DNA of 32,000 nucleotides from Candidatus Saccharimonadota bacterium (GTDB lineage Bacteria; Pseudomonadota; Gammaproteobacteria; Enterobacterales; Enterobacteriaceae). The translations under genes and the position numbers were made by a program. The DNA is taken from assembly GCF_017656055.1 (NCBI RefSeq), contig NZ_CP069383.1, forward strand, positions 30,001-62,000, read 5' to 3'. Shown here one piece after another: positions 1-8,830 of the stretch (the first letter of the stretch is position 1; every line of letters begins with the position of its first letter). The notes beneath the pieces are model-generated. The model saw only the letters and a list, made by a program, of their open reading frames with translations, did no database searches and was not told the DNA's origin.

Positions 1-582
<582 letters not shown>

Positions 583-611
583 TTTTAAAAAATATTATAT
601 AATTATAAAAA

Positions 612-755
612 CATTCTATTTTGATAAATATAGTGTGATTGACCCACCTGAAAGTTCATATTATTTTTATGAATTCCATACCGAACTCAGAAGTGAAATA
701 TCATAACGCCGATGGTAGTATTAATTTGCGAGAGTAGGTATTATCGGATAGAATG
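612..755 (+). rRNA. rrf: 5S rRNA, atypically long (~144 nt)
   Basis: Conserved blocks CCCACCTGA, CCGAACTCAGAAGTGAAA, CGCCGATGGTAGT and GCGAGAGTAGG occur in E. coli 5S order. Terminal helix: cattctat...atagaatg plus ttgata/tatcgg. Carries an extra 24-nt hairpin at 652-675. Ends +/-5 nt. Confidence 0.85.
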
Positions 756-768
756 TTTTAAAATTTTT

Positions 769-841
769 AGGAAGATAATTTAAATGGATAGAATTCTAGT
801 CTCCAAAACTAGATGTGAAAGTTCGAATCTTTCTCTTCCTG
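769..841 (+). tRNA. tRNA-Trp (anticodon CCA)
   Basis: Hand-folded cloverleaf: acceptor AGGAAGA/TCTTCCT, anticodon stem CTAGT/ACTAG with loop CT-CCA-AA, T arm GAAAG-TTCGAAT-CTTTC. A1-U72 and G73 match E. coli tRNA-Trp. No encoded 3' CCA. Position after 5S recalls the rrnC ...5S-aspT-trpT arrangement. Confidence 0.9.
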
Positions 842-858
842 AAATATAATATTTTTAT

Positions 859-2262
859 TTATTTACCTATACAAAATTTTGAAAATATTGAATCTAATAA
901 ATCATCATTAGATATATTTTTACCTAATATATTTATTAAATCATTAATAGAATAATTTATATCTTCATATAATATTGAATAATCATAACATTTTAATAAA
1001 TTATTATATTTTTTTATATTATTAAATGATTTTTCTATTATATTTAAGTGTCTTTTAGATATTAAAAAATCTGTATTAACATCTTTTTTATATATAAATA
1101 ATTTTTTATATATTTCATCAGTTAATATGTTTAAACCTAAATTATTTTTAGCTGATATATTAATTATATATATATCATTATTAATTTTTTCTATTCCTAT
1201 TATATTGTTTGATATATCAGATTTATTTTTAATAAATATTATATTTTTAATATTTTTTATTATAAATTTATATAAATTTATATTATTTATGTAAATTTTT
1301 AGATTATTATAAAATTCTTTTTTATTAGAAGTATTTAATTTATTATCTACTATAAATAATAAAATATTTGATTTTTTAATATTTTCTTTAGTTTTTTTTA
1401 TTCCTATATTTTCTATTATATTTTTTGTTTTTCTTATTCCTGCAGTATCTATAATTTTTATTAAATTATTTTTTATAGAAAAAAAATCTATTATACTATC
1501 TCTTGTAGTTCCACTTATATTAGTAACTATTGATCTATTTTTATTAATTAATTTATTAAATATAGTAGATTTTCCTACATTTGTTTTTCCTATTAATGAT
1601 ATAGTATTTATATTATTAATATTTAAACTATTTAAACACTCATTAATTATTTTATTATATTTATCTACTATTTCTAAAAATTTATTATTTATATTTTCTA
1701 TAATAATGTTATTATCTTCACTTTCAAAACTTATATAAGATTCAACTAATACTTTTAATTCTATTAAATTATTTAATATTATGTTTATTTTATTTGTAAA
1801 AGTACCATTTAAAGATTTTATAGCTAATTTAACTGTATCTATATTATCAGAATCTATAATGTTTAATATAGATTCTGCTTGATGTAAATTTAATTTATTA
1901 TTCATAAAAGCTCTTCTAGTAAATTCACCATTTAAAGCTATTCTGGCATATTTAAATTTTACAATTAAATCTATTATATAATTCATTATTATAGGATTTC
2001 CATGACATTGAAATTCTAATATATCTTCTCCAGTAAAAGACTTTGGTTTTTTAAAATATATCAATATACCGTTATCTATAATTTCATTATTATTTGGATC
2101 TATAAAATTAACAAATTCAGCATATCTTTCTTTTATTTTTTTTTTTTTAAAGAAAAAATTAATTATTTTTATAATATTATATCCGGATATTCTTATTATA
2201 CCTATTGCTGATTTAGATATAGGAGTAGATATAGCTATTATAGTATCATTTATGTATTCCAT
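859..2262 (-). CDS. mnmE: tRNA modification GTPase MnmE (TrmE)
   Basis: 467-aa ORF. G-domain motifs GKTNVGKST, DTAGIR and NKSD; diagnostic C-terminal FCIGK tetrapeptide. Canonical position downstream of rnpA. Confidence 0.9.
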   Translation of the reverse strand: MEYINDTIIAISTPISKSAIGIIRISGYNIIKIINFFFKKKKIKERYAEFVNFIDPNNNEIIDNGILIYFKKPKSFTGEDILEFQCHGNPIIMNYIIDLIVKFKYARIALNGEFTRRAFMNNKLNLHQAESILNIIDSDNIDTVKLAIKSLNGTFTNKINIILNNLIELKVLVESYISFESEDNNIIIENINNKFLEIVDKYNKIINECLNSLNINNINTISLIGKTNVGKSTIFNKLINKNRSIVTNISGTTRDSIIDFFSIKNNLIKIIDTAGIRKTKNIIENIGIKKTKENIKKSNILLFIVDNKLNTSNKKEFYNNLKIYINNINLYKFIIKNIKNIIFIKNKSDISNNIIGIEKINNDIYIINISAKNNLGLNILTDEIYKKLFIYKKDVNTDFLISKRHLNIIEKSFNNIKKYNNLLKCYDYSILYEDINYSINDLINILGKNISNDDLLDSIFSKFCIGK

Positions 2263-2630
2263 ATTTTTTTTAAATAAATTATTTTTTTAAATATTTTATT
2301 AATTTCTTTATTTATCTCTTTTTTATTATAAAAATTTATTTTATTTTTTAACATAAATATTAAATCAAAATTATAAAATAAATTTTTATTTTTTCTAAAA
2401 AATTCTTTTATTATTCTTTTTATAATATTTCTTTTAACAGATAATTTTAAATATTTTTTTTTAATTATTAAACCTATTCTGGGATATAATAAACAATTTT
2501 TTTTTATAAATACATATATAAAAAAAGTTTTTATTATAAATTCATTATTTTTAATTATATAATTAAAAATTTTATTTTTTTTTATTATATTTTTTTTATT
2601 AATTTTATTATTTTTAATATTTAAAATCAT
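2250..2630 (-). CDS. rnpA: RNase P protein component
   Basis: 126-aa basic ORF. YPRIGLIIKKK...KRNIIKRIIKEFFR matches the RnpA RNR motif region (E. coli HPRIGLTVAKK...ERNRIKRLTRESFR). Starts directly after the rpmH stop. Overlaps mnmE by 13 nt. Confidence 0.8.
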   Translation of the reverse strand: MILNIKNNKINKKNIIKKNKIFNYIIKNNEFIIKTFFIYVFIKKNCLLYPRIGLIIKKKYLKLSVKRNIIKRIIKEFFRKNKNLFYNFDLIFMLKNKINFYNKKEINKEINKIFKKIIYLKKIWNT

Positions 2631-2768
2631 TTATAAATTTATTATTTTTTTTCTTCCTTTTTTTCTTCTATTATTTATAATTTTTCTTCCATTTTTATAT
2701 GACATTTTTACAATAAATCCTATTTTTTTTATACGTTTTTTTTTTGATGGTTGATAAGTTCTTTTCAT
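2631..2768 (-). CDS. rpmH: 50S ribosomal protein L34
   Basis: Not in the ORF track; hand translation gives [45 protein letters not shown]. This aligns with E. coli L34 [39 protein letters not shown]. The TAA stop abuts the rnpA ATG. Confidence 0.9.
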   Translation of the reverse strand: MKRTYQPSKKKRIKKIGFIVKMSYKNGRKIINNRRKKGRKKIINL

Positions 2769-2850
2769 TATATTATTTTTTTTTATAAATATGTATAAAT
2801 TATTATATATTATAATATAATATAATTACATAATTATAAAAGTAAAAAAA

Positions 2851-3981
2851 ATGAAATTTATAATAGAAAGAGATTTATTATTAAAAAATTTAAAATATAT
2901 AAATAGTATAGTTAGTAGTAATAATAACTTGTTAAATGATATTAATAGTATTTCTATTATTATTACTAATAAAAATTATATTATTTTAAAATGTAATAAT
3001 AATGAAATAGAAATTAATATAAATATTAAATTATTAAATAATAATTTTAAAAATAAATATAAAATAAATATATCATATAAAAAAATATATAATATTTGTA
3101 AAAATATAGATAAAAAAAGTAAAATAACATTTTTAATAAAAAAAAATTATTTATTAATAAATAATAAAAATACAATATTTTATATATTAATATATAAAAA
3201 TATATATAAATCTATATTTAAAAATAATAATAATATTAATAATATAATTTCTTTATCAATAAATAAAAATTCTTTAATAAATATAATAAATAAAACATAT
3301 TTTTCAACTATTAATAGTGATATAAAAAATTATATAAATTATATGTTATTTGAAATTATTAAAAATAAAATATTTTTTACTTCTACAGATGGATATAGAT
3401 TATCTAATTATAATTTTGAAATAATAAATAACAATTATAATATAAGTTTATTAATACCAAAAAAAACTATAAATGAAATAAATAAATTTTTATTGTATAT
3501 AAATGATGATATAATAAATATATGTATATGTAATAAATACATTTATATAAAAACAGATTATATAATTTTTAAATTTTTAGTATATAAAAATTTATTTCCT
3601 AATTATATTAATATAATAAATGAAAAAAGAGAATTTATATTAGATATAAATAAAGATAAGTTATTAGAATCTATTTATAAAATAATATCTATATCTGATG
3701 ATAAAAATCCTATACTAAGATTAATAATAAATAAAAAAAACACAATATTAAAATTAATAAATTCTAAAAATGAAGTATCTATTGGATTAATAAAATCATA
3801 TATAAATTATGATTTTAATAATTATGAAATAGGTATAAATCCAGTTTATTTAATAAATATATTAGAAAGAATAGATAATAAATTTATAAAAATTTATTTT
3901 TCTAATAAATATTCTTCTATTAAAATAGAAGATATTAAAGATATAAATAATATAAATATTATAATGCCAATAAAAATATAA
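2851..3981 (+). CDS. dnaN: DNA polymerase III beta sliding clamp
   Basis: 376 aa. MKFIIERDLLLK (E. coli MKFTVEREHLLK), YINYMLFE...TSTDGYRLS (YYLNGMLFE...VATDGHRLA), C-terminal IIMPIKI (VVMPMRL). The stop TAA overlaps the gyrB ATG by 1 nt (TAATG). Confidence 0.85.
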   Translation: MKFIIERDLLLKNLKYINSIVSSNNNLLNDINSISIIITNKNYIILKCNNNEIEININIKLLNNNFKNKYKINISYKKIYNICKNIDKKSKITFLIKKNYLLINNKNTIFYILIYKNIYKSIFKNNNNINNIISLSINKNSLINIINKTYFSTINSDIKNYINYMLFEIIKNKIFFTSTDGYRLSNYNFEIINNNYNISLLIPKKTINEINKFLLYINDDIINICICNKYIYIKTDYIIFKFLVYKNLFPNYINIINEKREFILDINKDKLLESIYKIISISDDKNPILRLIINKKNTILKLINSKNEVSIGLIKSYINYDFNNYEIGINPVYLINILERIDNKFIKIYFSNKYSSIKIEDIKDINNINIIMPIKI

Positions 3982-6446
3982 TGAATAATTATAATTATAA
4001 AAGTATAAAAATATTAAAAGGTTTAGATGCAGTAAAAAAACGTCCAGGTATGTATATAGGTGACACAGAAGATGGATCAGGTTTACATCAGATGTTTTTT
4101 GAAATATTAGATAACTCTATAGATGAAGTAATAAATAATACATGTAATAAAATATTTGTAACTTTACATAAAGACAACTCTATATCAATAGAAGATAATG
4201 GAAGAGGTATTCCTGTTGAAATTCATGATGAAGAAAAGATATCTGTTGCAGAATTAATATTTACAGTTTTACATTCTGGAGGTAAATTTGATGATTCTTC
4301 ATATAAAATGTCAGGAGGATTACATGGAGTAGGATTATCTGTTGTTAATGCTTTATCTAAAAAATTAATTTTGATGATATTTAGAAATAATAAAATTTAT
4401 AAACAAATATATAATTTTGGTGTTCCAAAAGATAGATTATCAATAATAGGTAAAACAAAAAAAAATGGAACTTATATAAGATTTTGGCCTGATAATATAA
4501 ATATATTTAAAAATAATAATAAATTTAAATTTGAATTGATATATAAAAAAATAAATGAATTATCATTTTTAAATAAAAATTTAAATATTAATATAAAAAA
4601 AATTGATTCAGATAATACAGAAAATGAATATTATTTTTTAAGTAAAGGAAATATAAAAGGTTTATTAAAATATATATTAATAAAAGAAATTAAAATAAAT
4701 GAAATTATAAAAAAAGAAAATATTTTATATTTTAAATATTCTGATGATAATATGTTTTTAGAAGTTTCTTTATATTGGAGTAATAAAGATAATTTTATTA
4801 ATAAAATATATTGTTTTACTAATAATATTTATCAAAAAGATGGAGGAGTTCATTTAACATCATTAAAACATTCTTTAACAAGGTCTATAAATGATTATAT
4901 AAAGTCAAATATAAATTTTTTAAAAAATAAAAAAAAAAGTGGTATAGAAAATATAATAGGAGAAGATATTAGAAATAATTTATTAGGAATTTTATCTATA
5001 AAAATATTTAATCCAAAATTTTCTTCTCAAACTAAAGATAAATTAATTTCCACTGAAATAAAATCTAAATTAGACAATATAATTTATAAAAAAATTACTG
5101 ATATATTAAATAAAAATATATCAAATTATAAATATATAATAAATAAAATATTACAATATGCAAAACATAGAGAATTACTAAAAAACACAAAAAAAATTTT
5201 AAAAAAAAATTTTATAAGTAATTTAGATTTAGTTGGTAAATTATCTAATTGTCAAATAAGAGATCCTAAAATTTCAGAATTATATATAGTTGAAGGTGAT
5301 TCAGCTGGAGGTTCAGCTAAACAAGGAAGGGATAGAAAATTTCAAGCAATATTACCTATAAAAGGAAAAATTATAAATATAGAAAAATCTAATTTTAATA
5401 AAATAATAAAATCAAAAGAAATTATATCTATAATAAATGTTTTAGGGTTTGAAATAAAAAGTAATAATAAAATTATTTATGATATTAATAAATTAAAATA
5501 TAATAAAGTTATTATAATGACAGATGCAGATGTTGATGGAGCCCATATAAAAACTTTATTATTAACATTTTTTTATAGATATATGAAAGAATTAATATTA
5601 AATAATAATTTATATATATCAAAACCTCCTTTATATAAAATAAAATATGATAACAAAAATAAATATTTATATAATAATTATGATTTAATTATTAAACAAA
5701 TATGTATTTCTATAAATGATTTTTATTTATATAATAATTTAAATAAAATATATAATAATATTTTATTAAAAAAAAGTATAATATTTTATATAAGTTTCAT
5801 AAAATATTATGATTATTATTCTATATATAAAAAAATAATATTTAATTCATTAGTTTTATTGGATAAAATAAAATGTAATATATTCTACAATAAGAATTAT
5901 TTAAGTATATTTTGTAAGAATTTAATAAAAAAATTAAATTTAAATATTAATTATAAATTTAAATATAAAATAATTAATGATGAAAAAAATAAAAATTTAT
6001 ATGAAATAATTTTATGTTATAATATAAAATATATATTAAAAGATTATTTTAAAATAAATTATTTTTTTATAAAAAAATATTATAAATATATATTATTTAT
6101 AAAAAATGTATTTATTAATAATAATAAATTATATATTAAAAATAATAATAATATTAATACAAAAAAAAATATATTATATAATATAAAATCTATAGAAGAA
6201 ATAATTTCTATATTAATTGATTATTCTTACAATAAAATAAAAATACAAAGATATAAAGGATTAGGTGAGATGAATCCAGATCAATTATGGGAAACATCTA
6301 TGAATCCTAAAACAAGAAAAATAATTAAGATTAATATAAATAATGATACTAAAACTGATAATTTGATTAATATATTAATGGGTGATTCAGTAGATTTAAG
6401 AAAAATGTTTATAGAAAAGTATTATATTAGTATTAATAAAATTTAA
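3981..6446 (+). CDS. gyrB: DNA gyrase subunit B
   Basis: 821 aa. GHKL ATPase motifs (LKGLDAVKKRPGMYIGDT, EILDNSIDE, DNGRGIPV, GGLHGVG), Toprim EGDSAGGS and MTDADVDGAHI, C-terminal QRYKGLGEMNPDQLWETSM. Contains the proteobacterial long insert at ~nt 5640-6245. Confidence 0.95.
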   Translation: MNNYNYKSIKILKGLDAVKKRPGMYIGDTEDGSGLHQMFFEILDNSIDEVINNTCNKIFVTLHKDNSISIEDNGRGIPVEIHDEEKISVAELIFTVLHSGGKFDDSSYKMSGGLHGVGLSVVNALSKKLILMIFRNNKIYKQIYNFGVPKDRLSIIGKTKKNGTYIRFWPDNINIFKNNNKFKFELIYKKINELSFLNKNLNINIKKIDSDNTENEYYFLSKGNIKGLLKYILIKEIKINEIIKKENILYFKYSDDNMFLEVSLYWSNKDNFINKIYCFTNNIYQKDGGVHLTSLKHSLTRSINDYIKSNINFLKNKKKSGIENIIGEDIRNNLLGILSIKIFNPKFSSQTKDKLISTEIKSKLDNIIYKKITDILNKNISNYKYIINKILQYAKHRELLKNTKKILKKNFISNLDLVGKLSNCQIRDPKISELYIVEGDSAGGSAKQGRDRKFQAILPIKGKIINIEKSNFNKIIKSKEIISIINVLGFEIKSNNKIIYDINKLKYNKVIIMTDADVDGAHIKTLLLTFFYRYMKELILNNNLYISKPPLYKIKYDNKNKYLYNNYDLIIKQICISINDFYLYNNLNKIYNNILLKKSIIFYISFIKYYDYYSIYKKIIFNSLVLLDKIKCNIFYNKNYLSIFCKNLIKKLNLNINYKFKYKIINDEKNKNLYEIILCYNIKYILKDYFKINYFFIKKYYKYILFIKNVFINNNKLYIKNNNNINTKKNILYNIKSIEEIISILIDYSYNKIKIQRYKGLGEMNPDQLWETSMNPKTRKIIKININNDTKTDNLINILMGDSVDLRKMFIEKYYISINKI

Positions 6447-6467
6447 TATTAAAAAAGATAAAAAAAT

Positions 6468-7319
6468 ATGAAAATATATAAAATTTTAAAAAATATAGAA
6501 ATATTAAGATTATTTTTACATTATAAAAGTTTATTTTTAGAATATGTATTTAATTCAATAATTGCATCTTTTACTTTATTTATAGGAGTATCATTATCTG
6601 ATTATTTATCAGGATTCATAATAAAAATTTTAAGAATAAGAAAAATTGAAGAAACTGTTCTTAGTTTTTTACATACTTTAATAAGATACAGTATAATAAT
6701 TTTTACTTTAATTATAACATTAAATACATTAGGAATACAAACTTCTTCTATTTTAACTGTTATAGGTGCTGCTGGTTTAGCTATAGGTTTAGCTTTACAA
6801 GGTTCTTTATCAAATTTAGCTGCAGGAATGTTATTAGTTAGTTTTAGACATTTTAGGGTTGGTGATTTTGTTGATTTAAGTGGTATATCAGGTATAGTTT
6901 TATCAGTTCAATTATTTTCAACTACATTAAGAACTTTAGATGGTAGAATAGTTGTTGTACCTAATAATAGAATACTATTAGGAAATATAATAAATTTTTC
7001 AACAGAACCTAATAAATTAATAGATGTAATAATAAGCATAGACAGAGATTCTAATATAAAATTTGTTAAGGATAATGTACATGAAGAATTAAGAAAAGAA
7101 AAATATATAATATTTGATTTACCTCCATTAGTTCAAATAGTATCTATAAGTCCTTCATCTATAGAAGTTTCTATAAGAGCTTGGGTAAGAAGAGAAAATA
7201 TAAGAATAGCAGTTTCCAATATATTAGAAAGAATAAATAATATGTTTAAAAATAAAGGTATATTACCTCCTTGTGTAAAAACTAAACATATTATAATAAA
7301 AAATGAAAATAATTGTTAA
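6468..7319 (+). CDS. mscS: Small-conductance mechanosensitive channel MscS
   Basis: 283 aa (E. coli 286). The TM3/beta-domain core GAAGLAIGLALQGSLSNLAAGMLLV...VGDFVDLSG..G.VLSVQLFSTTLRTLDGRIVVVPNN.ILLGNIINFS is near-identical to E. coli MscS as I recall it. Confidence 0.9.
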   Translation: MKIYKILKNIEILRLFLHYKSLFLEYVFNSIIASFTLFIGVSLSDYLSGFIIKILRIRKIEETVLSFLHTLIRYSIIIFTLIITLNTLGIQTSSILTVIGAAGLAIGLALQGSLSNLAAGMLLVSFRHFRVGDFVDLSGISGIVLSVQLFSTTLRTLDGRIVVVPNNRILLGNIINFSTEPNKLIDVIISIDRDSNIKFVKDNVHEELRKEKYIIFDLPPLVQIVSISPSSIEVSIRAWVRRENIRIAVSNILERINNMFKNKGILPPCVKTKHIIIKNENNC

Positions 7320-7333
7320 AATAAAATAATATA

Positions 7334-7371
7334 AAAAAAAAATATAAGAATTCTATCTTATATTTTTTTTT
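7334..7371. terminator. Candidate bidirectional stem-loop between convergent mscS and lysS
   Basis: 16-bp inverted repeat AAAAAAAAATATAAGA / TCTTATATTTTTTTTT (7334-7349 / 7356-7371) around loop ATTCTA. A-tract on one side and T-tract on the other; only one G-C pair. Touches the lysS stop codon. Confidence 0.4.
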
Positions 7372-8830
7372 AATAGTATAAATTTGGAAATAATATAACA
7401 TTTTTTATATTATCTGAATTTGTTAATAACATAATTAATCTATCTATTCCTATTCCTAAACCAGAACAAGGAGGTAATCCATATTCTAATGATTCAATAT
7501 ATTCATAATTATACATTTTATCTTTATTTTTTGAAATTTGATTTATAAATCTATTAGATTGATCTAATGGATCATTTAATTCTGAAAATCCATTACATAT
7601 TTCTATACCATATATAAATAATTCAAATCTTTCTGCTATATTTTTACTTTTTCTTTTAGATAATGGTGATATTTCTATAGGATAATTTGTTATAAAAGTT
7701 GGATATTTTATTTTTTTTTCTACTATATTTTTAAATAATTCATAATGAATTTCTCTTATATTAAAATTTTTATATTCTTTTTTAGTAACATTTTGTAATA
7801 TTTTTATACATTTTTTTTTACTATTTAAATCTTTTATACTGTTAAATAATTTTTTATTATATATATAAATAGATTTTTTCATACTTATTTTTTTAAAAGG
7901 AATATTAAAATCTATTTCTATATCTTTGTATACTATTTTTTTTTTATTAAATATTTTTTTTACTATATATTTAAATAAATATTGTATTAATAAAATTAAT
8001 TTATTATATCTTACATAAGATGAATATAATTCTATCATAGTAAATTCAGGATTATGAATATTTGAAATTCCTTCATTTCTAAAATTTTTATTTATTTCAA
8101 ATATTTTATTAAAACCTCCAACTATTAATTTTTTTAAATATAATTCAGGTGAAATTCTTAAATATAATTTTTTTTCTGAAAAATTTAGTTTTGTTTCAAA
8201 AGGTTTTGCATCAGCTCCATCTGGTATATTTTGTAATATAGGAGTTTCGACTTCTATAAATTTTTTTTTTATTAAAAAATTTCTTATTTCATTTATTATT
8301 TTATGTCTTATTATAAATATATTTTTAGAATTTATATTACATATTAAATCTAAGTATCTTTTTCTATATATTATTTTATTATTTACTATTTTATGAAATT
8401 TATCTGGAAAAATTTTTAAAGTTTTCGTTATTAATATTATTTTTTTACATTTTATTGATAATTCATTAGTTTTTGTATAAAATAAAAATCCTTCTACTCC
8501 AACTATATCACCTATATTAATATTTTTTATTTTTTCGAAATAAATATTAGGTATAAAACTTTTATTTATATATATTTGTATATATTCATTAAAATCATAT
8601 ATTTTTAAAAATACTAATTTTCCAAAATTTCTTTTATATAAAATTCTTCCAGCTGTTTTAATATATTTATTTATTATATAAGATATTTTTTTTTCTTTTA
8701 TTTCATTTAAATATATATTTATTTTAAAATTATTTTTATATAAAATTTCATTATTATATATTTTAATATTTAAATTATATTTATTTTTTAAATTATTTAT
8801 ATATTTGTTTATTTTTTTTATATCATTCAT
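7370..8830 (-). CDS. lysS: Lysyl-tRNA synthetase, class II
   Basis: 486 aa. OB-fold N-terminus and class II motifs (FRNEGIS..HNPEFTMIELY; C-terminal GLGIGIDRLIMLLT). Conserved prfB-lysS operon arrangement. 8-nt overlap with prfB (ATGAATGA). Confidence 0.9.
   Translation of the reverse strand: MNDIKKINKYINNLKNKYNLNIKIYNNEILYKNNFKINIYLNEIKEKKISYIINKYIKTAGRILYKRNFGKLVFLKIYDFNEYIQIYINKSFIPNIYFEKIKNINIGDIVGVEGFLFYTKTNELSIKCKKIILITKTLKIFPDKFHKIVNNKIIYRKRYLDLICNINSKNIFIIRHKIINEIRNFLIKKKFIEVETPILQNIPDGADAKPFETKLNFSEKKLYLRISPELYLKKLIVGGFNKIFEINKNFRNEGISNIHNPEFTMIELYSSYVRYNKLILLIQYLFKYIVKKIFNKKKIVYKDIEIDFNIPFKKISMKKSIYIYNKKLFNSIKDLNSKKKCIKILQNVTKKEYKNFNIREIHYELFKNIVEKKIKYPTFITNYPIEISPLSKRKSKNIAERFELFIYGIEICNGFSELNDPLDQSNRFINQISKNKDKMYNYEYIESLEYGLPPCSGLGIGIDRLIMLLTNSDNIKNVILFPNLYY

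Noticed and set aside
2769-2850. rpmH-dnaN divergent spacer as a possible replication origin with DnaA boxes
   Set aside because: It is 82 bp of essentially pure A/T with no TTATCCACA-like 9-mer. Gammaproteobacterial oriC is normally near gidA/mioC rather than here. Skew cannot be evaluated from one window. It is kept only as context in the dnaA-loss finding.
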